Below the pieces are notes generated by a model. That model saw only the letters and a list, made by a program, of their open reading frames with translations. It had not been told where the DNA came from and made no database searches. Below, piece after piece: positions 13,932-26,648 of a stretch of DNA of 64,000 bases. A program made the translations under genes and the position numbers. This DNA is from Yuukianura sp. NJ FZ-2021 (taxonomy: Eukaryota): assembly GCA_046563655.1 (NCBI GenBank), contig CM102284.1, positions 8,060,001 to 8,124,000 on the forward strand, written 5' to 3'. The number at the start of each line of letters is the position of its first letter. Positions within the stretch are counted from its first letter, which is position 1.

Positions 13932-14680
13932 TGATTGCTGAAAGCTCTTATATTGTGCATGATTGATTATGATTACTGAAAATGCAGATTGCTGAAACTT
14001 GCGTATGCTGCATGATTGCTAAAAATGTTGATTGCTGAAACTTGTGTATGCTGCATAATTGCTGAAACTTGTGTATGCAGATTGATTGCTGAAAAGGTTG
14101 ATTGCTGAAACTTGTGTATGCTGCATAATTGCTGAAACTTGTGTATGCAGATTGATTGCTGAAAAGGTTGATTGCTGAAACTTGTGTATGCTGCATAATT
14201 GCTGAAACTTGTGTATGCTGCATGATTGCTGAAAATGTTGATTGCTGAAACTTGTGTATGCTGCATGATTGCTGAGAATGTTGATTACTGAAACTTGTGT
14301 ATGCTGCACAATTGCTGAAACTTGTGTATGCTGCATGATTACTGAAAATGCAGATTGCTGAAACTTGTGTATGCTGCATGATTGCTGAAAATGTTGAATG
14401 CTGAAACTTGTGTATGCTGCATAATTGCTGAAACTTGTGTATGTTGAGTGATTGCTGAAAGCAAAATTGCTGAAACTTGTGCATGTTGCATGATTCCTGA
14501 AAATGTTGGTTGCTGAAAGCATAATTGCTGAAACTTGTGCATGTTGCATCATTACTGAAAGTCGGGTATGGTGCATTTGCGTGCTTGAAATGTTGATTGC
14601 TGACAACGTTGATTGCTGAAAGTTCTATTTATGGTGCATGATTGCTAAAAATGATGATTGGTGAAAGTTGTGTATTATGA
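13932..14680. repeat. Complex satellite built on ATTGCTGAAA
   Basis: 27-bp attgctgaaacttgtgtatgctgcat units alternate with 15-bp attgctgaaaatgttg units; the core has a near-exact 69-bp higher-order period. Confidence 0.95.
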
Positions 14681-17511
14681 AAATTGTGCCGGAGGAACTG
14701 TACCGTAGAGTGTATATGAAGCTTGAGTTTTCAGTAATTTTGGAGGGATTTTGAGATTTGATTGTTTCCTCAAAATTGGAAAAGCTTTTGAGTATGCAAT
14801 TCTCATTTTCCGCATCAACTCAAAGTCTTCCACAACTTGATTAGTTTTTGAAAAAAGAGAAACTGTAAGAGTAGAATTTCTAGTTTTCTGAATAAAAAGT
14901 ACTAAAAGGAAAAATGAAGTAGGCTATTTGAGTGATATAAATCTGCATAACAGTACTAACTAAAAGACTAAAAAATCTCACTCTCTAGTTTCCTCTTCGC
15001 ACAAAAATACTTACAGTTTCCTCTAGTCCGGACTCCGGACTCTAACTTTTTCCATTTGTACTGTAAATGGAACTTTCTTTTAAAAAAAAAGCAGAAAAAG
15101 TTTCACTTGCTCTGATTTTGTAGTAATTCCCACTCCACACTCTGCCTTCTAACTCTTGCTTTTCCGTGTATTAGAAGTTAAGGGTCTCCCAGTGCCCCCT
15201 TAACTCTTCCTTTCCACCAGGTTGAGCCCTTATAATTTTCCCTACACTTTCTCCGAAAGTTAGAAAGCACAGATAACGTATTCCCAATTTATTAACACCA
15301 TTATGCCAAACTTTTCAAAGTTTGGCACCCGACTTAAAAAGCTAAGGGCCTCACTTTTCCTCAGACTTAAGTTCACACTTGACCATTTCCAAGCTGTCAG
15401 AGGTCACGACCGCCCGCTGTCGCAAATTAGGATCCACTTTTAACTTTTTCCCGCCAAAGTGGAACCAGACGTGCACGATTTAGCATTTTCTACTTTTTGC
15501 AAAAAAATAGAAAGTTCCATTAGCATCACTCACAGCATCACTTGCTCCGACAAAGTGAAAATTTTCAAAAAAAAAAATCTTTTCTCTCATCCCGGCATGT
15601 CGACACTCAAATTGCCAAAAACCGAAATTCCTAAAAACCGAATTTTTGTGGTTTTCTCTTTTTGAGCTTGCAGTTGACACATTCCGACTGACTGAATCTT
15701 GTTCATTTTGTGTTTAAAACTTTTCAGTTCCACTTTGAACTTTTTCTGACATTGACTCTGTACTTTTTCAGCAGGAGAAAGCTAATGGAGGATCGTTTGA
15801 ATGAGACTTAGCTCTACTTTGAAATATTTGAAGGCAAGTGGTTAATTTGACGCCTGAATGAGTCCAGAGCTAAACTTTCTTTTGAAGTCAACTCTCTAAA
15901 AAGTACAAGTTCTGTTTAAGAAATTAAGAAAGTGGAGAAAGGAGAGCTGTTTCACTTTGTTTTAAATTTCCAACTACAAACTTAAATTTATGTAACAAAT
16001 TTTCTGTTATTTGGAAAATGGGAGTTGAAAGGGAATAAATTAAACAAGGTTTTCAGTTTTTCTAAGACAAGCGGGGTTAAATTAGGAAGCGGGAAAGTCT
16101 AAAGTCCAAATTAGATTTCACTCACAATCAAATAACTTTTGAACAACTCTTGTTTCTTAAAAAAACTCAAAATCCTAACGGTCTCTGAAATTTTTAATTT
16201 TTGAAAAAAGGAAGACAAACTTTCTCTTTTTTTGGTCTTTTTTTTTTAAACCGGATGACATTTCTTGGAAAATAGAGCAAGTCGCTTTTTTTTTTGTAGA
16301 GAAAGTTGACAAATGATTTTCTGTTCTAAAATGATAAAAATCTGAAAAAAAAATAAACGTTTTTTATGGAAATCTCTTAGAAGGTGACACTGAGCTGACT
16401 TTGAGCTCCGTTGTATACTAAAAAGCTTCCTCTTCAGAAGTGTTATGTTTTAGGCTACGTAGAGGTTAGGTGCTCTGCGTTTGAAGTTTGTTGTTTTGGC
16501 GGTTGGACTTTCTCTGCTTTCACCTCCCATCACACTATCATTTTATATCACTTAGCTCCTCATCATACATAAATTAGAAAGGGCGGTTGGAGGCTGTGGT
16601 AGCCTCACTTTCTCCACTTGATGAACATAAATCTTCCTCTCTCCACAGTCTCTCTATTATTTATTATTCAACTTCCTACTTATAACCTAACAATCCTAAC
16701 CTATAGCTCTACACAGCATAAAAACCTAACAATCCTAACTTATAACTCTATACAGCCTAAAACCTAACTTATAACCTACGGTTTCATAAAACCCATAGAC
16801 AAGGCTCACATTTTGAAAAGAGAGACACTGTCTTGACAAGGACCACTCCTCCTCCCCCCTCCTCCCTCCTCCCTCCTCCTCCTCCAGTAATTTCATTCCA
16901 AAGCTCCTTAGAAAGAGAGTCGAAAATACCTTGTGACTCCGAAGAGACATAAACCATCTCCTGACAGCCTTCTCTCGTCTTAATCCTTGTCATCTCTCCG
17001 ATCCTGGCAGCAACCTAGTTTCTCCTTTAGGTTTCAACCTAACATGACAACCTAATGTTCAGCTTTGTCCAAAATTTCAAATGAGAGGGAAAGAAATAGC
17101 GCCACTTTTTGAAATGGAATTTTAGATCGACTTCTGCTCCTTCACTCCCTCCTGGGAAAATATAAAAATCACAAGTGAAAGTTCTCGTGAAAGCAGGACC
17201 GGAACGTTTTGATTTATTTTCACAACTCCATCAACACAAAATCGGCTGCAGATTTTTTTTCACAAAATCGTGTCAAACAGGCTCCAGAAATTTTCACTCT
17301 TCGGCCAATGAATTCTTTGTCTCCCAAAAACTAAATCGTCCACACTTCCTTTCTCCAACATTTTTTTTTCTCGATTTTCTTGACTTTTTGTGAAAGATTT
17401 TTTAAGTTAACGGCCAATTTCGTATTGACTAATGGAAAATCGGCGTCACTTTTTCTAAAAAAGAGAACAGTGACTGTCGGTCCACTGCGTTACCGAAACG
17501 GTCACTTTCTC

Positions 17512-17747
17512 CAAGGTTCGTAAACAAGAAAATAGTTTTTGTTTCTTCAACAGGTTAGGCAATAACTAGAACTTTTTAAATTTTGTTACAAAATTAGCAA
17601 AACTTGGTTTACTATGCTTTTATATGGCAATGATTTATATGTGATCTAATGGAATTGGGGGAAAAGTGTTAGGAGCGAGATTCTTAAAAAACATACTTAC
17701 GGCCCAACCTGTTAACGAAAAACTATTACGTTGCTATAGGAACCTTG
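17512..17747. mobile_element. MITE with CAAGG...CCTTG termini (P-element-like), copy C
   Basis: caaggttc...aacaggttaggc / gcccaacctgtt...gaaccttg inverted ends, with a perfect 8-bp target duplication actttctc at 17504-17511 and 17748-17755. Confidence 0.75.
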
Positions 17748-20581
17748 ACTTTCTCAATCAAGCGAACAGTGAATGTCGGTCCACCGAGTTACCGAGATGG
17801 TCGCTCTGTCTGTCCAGAGTTGATTTATGAAGTGTCACGAGAGTGGACAACGTTGTGCAAGAACAGAAGTAAAGTGGGCGTGGAGGTCAAAGGTCAAAGT
17901 TGATTTACAGTTTCCTGCTGTACTAATAATTGAAATTGGAAAAAAAGAAAGTGGCTGGAACCGGAAGTACGCCAGTCAGTCACTTTCGAATAGTTACTCC
18001 CTCCGTCTCTTCCTTCGTATAGTTACTCCCTCCATTGCTTCTCCTCCACACAGAGTTAACAAGACGTTTGAAACAGATTAATGGGCCGAAGGAGGCGATC
18101 ATGAATCTTGTCTCGACTTCAAATCCTTCCCGCCTCTCCTCGTCTCCCGAATTTCCTATCATTCACGAGTGCCTAACCTAACTTTAACTAGCCTAACATA
18201 ACCTGAATAACCTTACTTTATACGCCGTTTCCATGGAGAAAGTGGGTGAGAGGCATAGCCCAAGACCAATCTCGATTTCCGGAACTTTTTTCCCGCCTGC
18301 TTTCCTTTAATCGAAGAAAGGAGAAAAATAATTTCCGTTTTGAAATCATTTACAGTCCACAGGGAACACACATTTTTTTTTCTAAGGAAAAAGAAGGAAA
18401 ACTTTGAAGATTTTTTACTTTTCTCTCCTGAAAGAAGAAAGTGCTAAAAGCTAAGCTCTGGGCATGCGCAGAACCAAATTCATTAAATTTTCTTTCTCTT
18501 CTTAGGAAAAAGTTTGAAAAAATCTGAGTAAAAATGAAATGGTTCAGTTTAGTTAGACTAAAAACATAAGTTGTTTTTCCCAATTAAGCAGAGCATAAAG
18601 TGCTTTATGTCACTCGTCACTTTGAACTTTTTTGGACATGATGACATTTCAGCAAGAGTGAAAGTGGATCCAACATTAGCAACTTCCGCTCAATCCAGAA
18701 TCTCCATCACTAATTTAATTTCCACAGAAAGGCAGATTTCACACGCTCACAAATGTTCATAATTCCAAAAGCAAAGTAGAAAAAAACTCCAAAAGTTAAA
18801 AAATTTCAAATAAAAAGTACTGATGAAAGTGAAAGTAAAAACAAAAAGTTTAACCAGAAAGGAGAAAAATTGAGAAATTGAGAAATGTTTTACGGAAAAA
18901 GTAAAAAGCGGAAGTTTGAAGTTGGCTGTTGACCGAGGTCAAGAGGTCAACCGGTTGACACGTTGGACACTTATTGTCGCTGTAAAGTCAGACACGATAG
19001 ACTTCACTTTTTATTAACTTTTGGTTTTCAAGACACTGAAATCCAGTTTGTGAAGAATGCCACTCAAGTGAGGCTCGAGTAGAGCGGAAGTTTTTAAACT
19101 TTGTGAGAACAGCCATCAAATTAAAAAAAGTGGTGAAATCGATGCTCTGCTGGACGCTGCTGCCAATGGCCCACACGCAACCAAAGTTAACTTACAAACT
19201 TTTTAGAAAAACTAAAACTTTAAAAAAAAAGTTTAAAAAAAAAAGTTTAGTAAGGTCTTTCACCAGGAAAACACATTTTAGGTTCACAAATAAGATTTGG
19301 GAGACTAACACTTAATCAATAGCAGCACACCGAGACTTTGAGCTGCTCGAAACAAATTCGCTTTTACGTTTTTTAAAACACACGTTTTAAATTTACATTT
19401 TGAAAAATGAAGTTTCACTTTTCAAAAAAAAAGCGCGTCAAATTAAAATTCCTTCCAGGTGTAAACGACATTTTTTAAAAAAACGTTTATTTGATGTGGA
19501 CTTTGACAAAAACGATTTAGACTGACTTTATTTGATTCTAAATTGTGCCATTTTAAATCCCGTAATGTTTTTGTGTGTAACATGTTTAAACTCAGTTTTA
19601 ATCAGTATCGGTACCGTAAATTTCCAAATATTGACTTTGTATCAGTTACAATTGGGTGGATTTTTTTGTTTCCTTTGACTTTTTTGTGAGTTTCGTAGTT
19701 TTCCAGTGGATTTCCTTTTGATAAATTCTAAGCTTCTGCGAGGTCTTCGTGATGCTTCATTTAATTTCGATTACTTTGGAGTCGAAACATTCCAGTGGAA
19801 AGTGAAAGTGAAAGGACTACACAACTTTCTCCCGCCAAAAACCAATTTCCCACGAACAACATATAAAAAGTCCTCTACTGGCTTAGCATTAGTTTTTGTC
19901 AAAAATAATCGCCAGCTTAGACGCTCTTTTCCTCTACTTCTAGCTTTTTTGGCGTCTCCAAATCGAGTTAACTCCAAAATTTAGATTTTTGATTTTCTAA
20001 AGTTTCAAAAACAAAAACAGAAAATTCGAGCAAAAAACGCCGTCCTGTCAGCTTAACTTCGTCAAAAAAAAAATTGGTCAAATTTTTCTAAAGTTTTTTA
20101 TCAATGACGTTAAACAAAAAAAAAACGGAAGTTACTAACTTACATTTGTTAAAAAATTTTCACGACTTTTTTTGTTCAAAACTCTTATTAAAATTTACTT
20201 GCGCATAGAAAATACTGCACCAAAGTGCAAAAATTTTTGCAAATTAATTTTTACATACTCCACTCGTTTTTTGCAATTTTGCAAAATGGGCAGTTCAAGG
20301 TCACTTTGAGATCTGGTATGAAAATTTATTTTTCTGTGATGACGAGATCACTCCAGTTTCAGTAGAACTCTAAAAAGAGCAATTGTGTCTTTTGTTGTTA
20401 ATCTAATCTTGACGGATTTAACAAAATTTGATCACCTTTTATAAAATTTTGAAAAGCAGTTGTATAATTCTTAACATCGGGTGACACACTTATGTTAGGC
20501 TTTTAGTGTTGATTTTTCGCGGTCACTGGACACATCAAAACTCTATTTTTTATAACTTTAATTTCTGAGAAGAAAGTGATC

Positions 20582-22708
20582 ATGACCCCCTTAATTTTTA
20601 CCGTAATCGTTCCACTTTTGTTCATTTCTGCCCAAAGTGCCGTTTTGAATGAAAATCCGAAACTGGTTGTGTTTTCTTTCGATGGATTTCGGTTTGACTA
20701 TTTAGACAAACGGTTTGGTCCGAATATGGAACAAGCCGTGGCACCAACCCTAAGGACCATGAGGGCCCAAGGGGTCACGACCCCTTACATGATTCCACAA
20801 TTCACAAGTAAAACTTTTCCGAACCACCAGTCAATTGTGACTGGGCTCTACACGGAGAAACACGGTATTGTGGACAATTCTGTATATGACATTGAGCTCG
20901 GCAAGAATGTGAGTGGATACGACGATGACCGGGAGTTCTGGGTCTACAACAACCAAATTCTGCCGCTCTGGGTACATCTTATATTATAATATTACATATA
21001 TTATATTATATTATATTAATATAATGGTATGATGTATATAACTTAATATATTGTAATATTATATTATTTTTATTGTATTATTTGGCATATTTTAGACACT
21101 TAATGAAATGGCAGGAAATGGAAGGAGAAGTGGAGCCCAGTTTCCTGGGTCAACGCAGATTTACGGTACTGAGAACCTGGAAATAACTTTTCCACTGGGC
21201 TACAATGGGGCAATGCCCTTCCAGGAGCGCATGGACTACACAATCAACTGGCTCACCCATCCAACTACCCCGGCCAACCTCATTTTTATGTATTTTGAAG
21301 AGGTATTTATATTTATTATAATGTATTTTATTCTTTTATATTTTATTATTCTAATTTGTGGTGTTTGTTGTAGCCTGACAGCCAAGGTCACAAGTACGGC
21401 CCAAACTCACTCGAGGTCAAAGCGGCCGTTGAGGAATTGGATAAACTCACAGAATATTTTCTGGAGGCACTTAGGAGATTGGAAATTGTAGACCAGGTCA
21501 ATATCATAATTCTGAGCGATCACGGTATGGAGGAGGTCAAGGAAAAAAACAAAGTGGCTTTGACTGACCTCATTTCGGCTGACCTTGGCTACTCATGGGG
21601 TGGTGGGTCACCGGTCCTCCAAATATGGCCGTTTGAAGAATGTAAGTCAAAGTCAAAGGCAAAGTCAAGGTCAAAAGCAAAGTCAAAGGCAAACTCAAAG
21701 TTAAAGGCAAAAGTAGTCAAAACCAAAGTCAAAAGCAGCATCAAAAGCAGTCAAAAGCAAAGTCAAAGGCAAAGTCTATAGAAGGATCAGTCAAACTCTA
21801 AGCCAAAAGCAGTAAAAAACAAAGTCAAAAGCAAATGTAAAGTCAAAAGCAAAGTCAAGAGCAAAGTCAAGAGCAAAGTCTAAAAGGCAAAGTCTTAGTC
21901 CAAATTTTGTTTTGCTTTTCAGCGGAAACTGATCAAATCCATGATGAATTTGTGGTAGCCTCTCAAAGTCGTCCGTTTAGCGTGTACCGCAAAGAGAATC
22001 TGCCTGCGCACTGGCACTATTTGAACCAACGACGCATCGCCCCAATTCTCATCGTCACTGACCCCGGATTCTCCTTTGACGAAGTCTGGACAGACGCAGA
22101 GGTCAAGGGAATCAGAAGCAGAACTGCGGGTAACAAAATTTTGAACTTTGAAATTTCAAAATTTCGATTTTTTAAAATTTTGACCTCGTGACCTCACTTT
22201 TTAGCAGAAGAGAAAGCCCCTGAGACGCCTAGTGGCTACCATGGCTATGACACTGAAGCTCCCAACATGCGCTCATTTTTTATGGCCACTGGACCAGCCT
22301 TTGAGTCCAACAAAACTGTTGACCCCTTCTTCAACGTTGACCTCTTCCCACTCATGTGCCATGTTTTGAACATCCCGCCTCCAGAGCATGATGGCAACTT
22401 TGCCAACGTGGTGGCAACACTACGTCCAATTCCGCCAACAGATGATGGTGATGGCAACATTGATGGAGGCCAGTCGACTCAGAAGGCAACGGCTCTGGTC
22501 TCACGTAAGACTTAAAATCACAAGCAATTTAAAAAATTTCAAAGTTTCTCAAAAATTGAGATCGCTATTTTGAAAAATTCAAATTTTCTCAAGAATTGAG
22601 ATCGCTATTATGAAAAATTTCAAATTTTCTCAAGAATTAAGATCGTTTTTTTTTTGTTTTGTAGTTTCGATTGCGATTTTAACTCATGTGGTCAACCGGC
22701 TATTGTGA
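20582..22708 (+). CDS. Ectonucleotide pyrophosphatase/phosphodiesterase (ENPP4/5-like), secreted with hydrophobic C-terminal tail
   Basis: Six exons: 20582-20971, 21096-21302, 21374-21641, 21923-22129, ~22205-22504, 22665-22708. Signal peptide; SFDGFR, catalytic-Thr motif SKTFPNH, EEPDSQGHKYGP, LSDHGM and GYHGYD metal ligands all intact. Confidence 0.93.
21645..21900. repeat. Intronic CAAAGTCAAAAG-type tandem repeat
   Basis: Degenerate ~12-bp repeat filling ENPP intron 3. Confidence 0.85.
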
Positions 22709-23464
22709 ACGTCTCATTTTTTTTAGAAGAAAAAGTTGGAACTGAAAATTTTAGTGTTAAGTTCGATTTTAAAGATCTTTTTTCGAAAATTTTGAAAAAT
22801 ATAAGCAAGAATTTTTTTTCCCTCCTGAAATTGATTCTAAAGAAGACAAATCGATGTTGGTGACAATCGGAAAAATTGTTTGTTCTAACTCAAATGCTCC
22901 GCACCTGCCACGCGTACGTTTTGAATTTTTTTTTTTTTCAAAAAAACTCACTTTTTGAAATTTTTGTTTTTGAAAATGGTGGGAGGTAGGATTATGAATA
23001 GATATTTGTAAATTGAGTGGATGTAGGGATTGGTGGGGCTTTGGAAGTTGTGGTTTTATTTTGACAGTGACTGATCTCAAGACGCTCTTGAGGAGAAAGT
23101 CTCGGCAGAGAAAGGAGGAAAAGTCCTTGACACGACAGGACATAAGGATCATCTCAAAATATGAAGCCAAGGACCCTTAACAACCGGGGCCCTTAAGGGC
23201 CTCAACAAAAGTCTCCCAGGAACATGACACCACATCAGTCACTCTCCCTTGTCAATAATTGCACAAATCTCACGTCTGCCAAAACCATCAGCATGAAAAA
23301 TACTTTTTCCAACAAAGATATGCTTTCACTGTCAGTTCATGTGCAGAGCCAGTTTTAAAAAGTTCAGAACTTAAAACAAAATTTTGACTCGAAAAGTTTG
23401 TTTGTTTTTTTGGAAAGCAGTTCTGGAGGTCAACGGTCAACTATTTTTCTTCCAACACTTAAAA

Positions 23465-23772
23465 CGTTTGACAAAAACACTGATTTTTCGGACAATTAAG
23501 GTTGACTAAAACACTGATAGCTCAGACGATCACGTTTGACTAAAACTGAGATAAGTGGGACGATCATCTTTGACTAAAACACAGATTTCTTGGACAATCA
23601 CGTTTGACTAAAACACTGACTTCTCGGACAATCACTTTTGAGCTTTGACTAAAACTCTGACACATCGGAAAATCACGTGTGACTAAAACTCTGACACTCG
23701 GATACATTTGACTAAATCACTGATTTGTCGGACGATCACCCCTTGACTAAAAGTGAGATAAGTCGGATGATC
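23465..23772. repeat. Degenerate minisatellite, ~33-bp unit
   Basis: tttgactaaaacactga...cggacaatcacg repeated about 9 times. Confidence 0.85.
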
Positions 23773-25542
23773 CCGCTTTTTTATCCCTTCTAAAAGAGGT
23801 GATTTCCGAGTTGAATTGGCCATAAACGTTTGCTTTCCCATTTTGCTTTCTCCGCTTATCTTTCATGATCCTTGATGCTCAAAGCAGGCGCTTTCAAAAA
23901 CCCAGCTTTTGAAAAACATGAACTGACCTTTGACCTCAATCTTCACATTCTCAAGGAAGAAATCCATAAACTAACCTAACCTTAGCCTAACTTTGACAGT
24001 TAACCTAACACAGTCGTTCAGTCTATTCAGAATCTGTTTATTTGCGGAAATCTCTCAACTTCAAAATAGCACACAGGAAATGGCTCTTTTTTGAATTTTT
24101 TTTTTTTTTTTTGGAGAAAGTTTTATTTTTATTTTTGGAATTGGTAAAGTCCGGAGAGCGAAAGGATTGCGAAAACCGAAATCGGTTTTTTTTTTCGGGG
24201 AGACGATTGTGGATTGTATACTTTGTCCATAAATCTCCATATTTTGAGTCATAACGGCTCTCTCTTTTTACTTGTTTAAAAAAAGAGAGAGAGGTTCCGT
24301 TTGCTTCGTACAAAAAAGAGAACCTTTTTGCTCCGTACAACTGAAAACCCGGGCGTTTTGATAATAGGGAGGTTTGGGTTTGTTGGAAAAGGTTGCTCGT
24401 ATGGCTTTAGGAGCAATAAAAACACGAACCAAATGTTTTATGGCAGCACAAACTTCTTTTTTCCTTTGAATTTTTTGAAAAGTGTATTTTTTTGAAAAAC
24501 GAAAAAAAAGTACAATATTCCACACTGGTTTTATTTCGTGTCATTGGAGAGAGAGAGACATGAATAAGAAGAAAACAATAAATAATAGGCTATGCATATT
24601 TTTTTTCAAAATGCATTTTTTTGAAAATTCGGAGAAAGCAAGCTGGGGGAAAGGAAAAGGCGGGTGAAACATAATCATAATGATCCTCCATTTCTGGATC
24701 TGGAGTTTTACAAAACTTTTTTTTTTGAAAAAGGCCGCTTTCACTAACGACAAAGTCAACTTTGTAGACAGTTTTTTTGAAAAAAAGGAAAAAAGCTTAG
24801 AGTTTCTGGCAGTATTATTGCGACAGAGGAAAAATCATGACAAATCTGGAAGCATAAATTCCTTGGGGACTTGGTCCTTACTGCGTAAAAAAAAAGTTGG
24901 AAATGGAACCAGGGAAAGCAAAAAACGAAAAAATGAAGAAAAAAAAAGTTAGAGGAAACTGAAATCATAAAAATTTCAATTTAAAAAATTAAAGTTTTCG
25001 AAATAATTAACGCTTTAGATTGGAACAAAACGGAAATTTCAAGGCAAGAAAAGGAATCCAAAGCGTTCCATAGAGAAAGTTTGCCAGCTTTCAAAATTTT
25101 GAGTCGGACGTTTTTCTGTTCATATTAAAACCTAGACAATAAAATTTTCGATTTTTCATTCCAATTTTCTAAATTTTTGAATTTATGAAGCTAAAATTTA
25201 AAATAGCGTTTCCTTATTGACATTTTTTGTGGCGTGAAATTGATGCATAGTTGCATAGTTCCATCTGTGACTTTCTCTTTCCAACTTTCACTCAGACTGA
25301 CCGTACTTTCACCACTTTCCGCTAGGATGCATAACAACGGCTTAAATTTTTTTTAAATACATAAGAATTTTAGAAAAAAGTTCAAAATTTTGAATTTTCA
25401 GGAAAACAGAGTGTATTTATCATTTTCAAAACCAAAGTATACACAATAAGCAGCTCTTCTGACCTCTGACATGCCAAAGTCCTTGCAAATTAAGATTTGA
25501 AAATTCTTGGAAAGTGAATTTGGAATTGCGACTTGACGATTC

Positions 25543-25718
25543 TCGGAGCGTTTTGACATTTTTTTGAGCGTTTTGAAGATTTTTGGAGCGTTTTGCCATT
25601 TGTTTGAGCGTTTTGAAGATTTTTGGAGCGTTCTGCCATTTTTTTGAGCGTTTTGAAGATTCTTGGAGCGTTTTGTCATTGTTGTGAGCGTTTTGAAGAT
25701 TCTTGGAGCGTTTTGAAC
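25543..25718. repeat. 20-bp tandem repeat
   Basis: gagcgttttg(aagat/ccatt)ttttt repeated about 9 times. Confidence 0.9.
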
Positions 25719-25767
25719 TTGTGAATTGAATTGTTGTGAGTAGATTGATAATTGAGTTGGTGAGTTG

Positions 25768-26229
25768 TTAGAGGTTGAGTTGATGAAGTGTCCAAAGAGA
25801 TCCAGTGACGACTGTGACGACTGAGTATGTCAGTGTCCCTGCCTTTGACTCGGGGTTTTCTGTTACAAAGACTGATCCATCCGCACTGCGAGGTTCCTCT
25901 GTAGCAAGGTCTTTGAGGCCCATAGGAACTCGGTCGTTCTCCGACCCATCAAGATTGACGTGTGGCGCCGGCTCACAGACGAGGTTTCCAAGGGCGCTGG
26001 GGTCTGTGGCCACAATGCACTTGTTGCTTTTGCAGTTCTTGTTCAGCGTCTTGGCCCTTTCCGCTGCCTTGGCCTTGTCCTCAAAGTCTTTCAAATCGGG
26101 CCAAGGAGCCATGCAATTCTCGCAACGGTGAAAGTCGTGACAGGTTTGCCCATTCACCTGAGCCTCTGACTCCCAAATCCACGATCCAATCACCAGCAGC
26201 AGCAGAATCCACTTCAAGGGCCCCATCAT
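25768..26229 (-). CDS. Small secreted Cys-rich protein, probably GPI-anchored; family unknown
   Basis: Signal peptide MMGPLKWILLLLVIGSWIWESEA, six mature Cys, and a hydrophobic C-terminus (TLTYSVVTVVTGSLWTLHQLNL). Single-exon CDS. Confidence 0.75.
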   Translation of the reverse strand: MMGPLKWILLLLVIGSWIWESEAQVNGQTCHDFHRCENCMAPWPDLKDFEDKAKAAERAKTLNKNCKSNKCIVATDPSALGNLVCEPAPHVNLDGSENDRVPMGLKDLATEEPRSADGSVFVTENPESKAGTLTYSVVTVVTGSLWTLHQLNL

Positions 26230-26648
26230 CCTATAACACACAACACAATTAGTGGTAGTCAATGACTTTGGAACAGAGAAAGGTCAAAGGTCAACTTTGT
26301 TCAACCTTACCAATCTCCAAGAGTCAAACTTTTTCTGGAACAAAGACAGTGCTCGCTGGAATTCTGGAGCAGCGACGACCAACAATCAAAACCGTCGCAT
26401 GCGTTGCAACAAGCAAGCAGCAGCTCCAGGATTTTTGTTTGTTAAAAAAAAGCGCAGTAGCAAATCCGTTGCCATGAAATTTTAAAAATTTTGAAAAAAA
26501 AAATGCCAAAAGTGTGAATCCGTAGAGTCAAAAGTCTCAAAAAATGTTTAGAATTTTAGATTTACTTCCAAGGAATAAAATGTCAAATACAAAAATATGG
26601 TTCAGTTTTGGTAAAAATAAAAGTTTAAACCTTGTGCGCATGAGTATG

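Noticed and set aside
13948-14606. Repetitive minus-strand ORFs
   Set aside because: Satellite translation; no start context or splice structure.
21642-21781. Lys/Ser-rich extension of the ENPP ORF
   Set aside because: Read-through into a repeat-filled intron after a GTAAGT donor.
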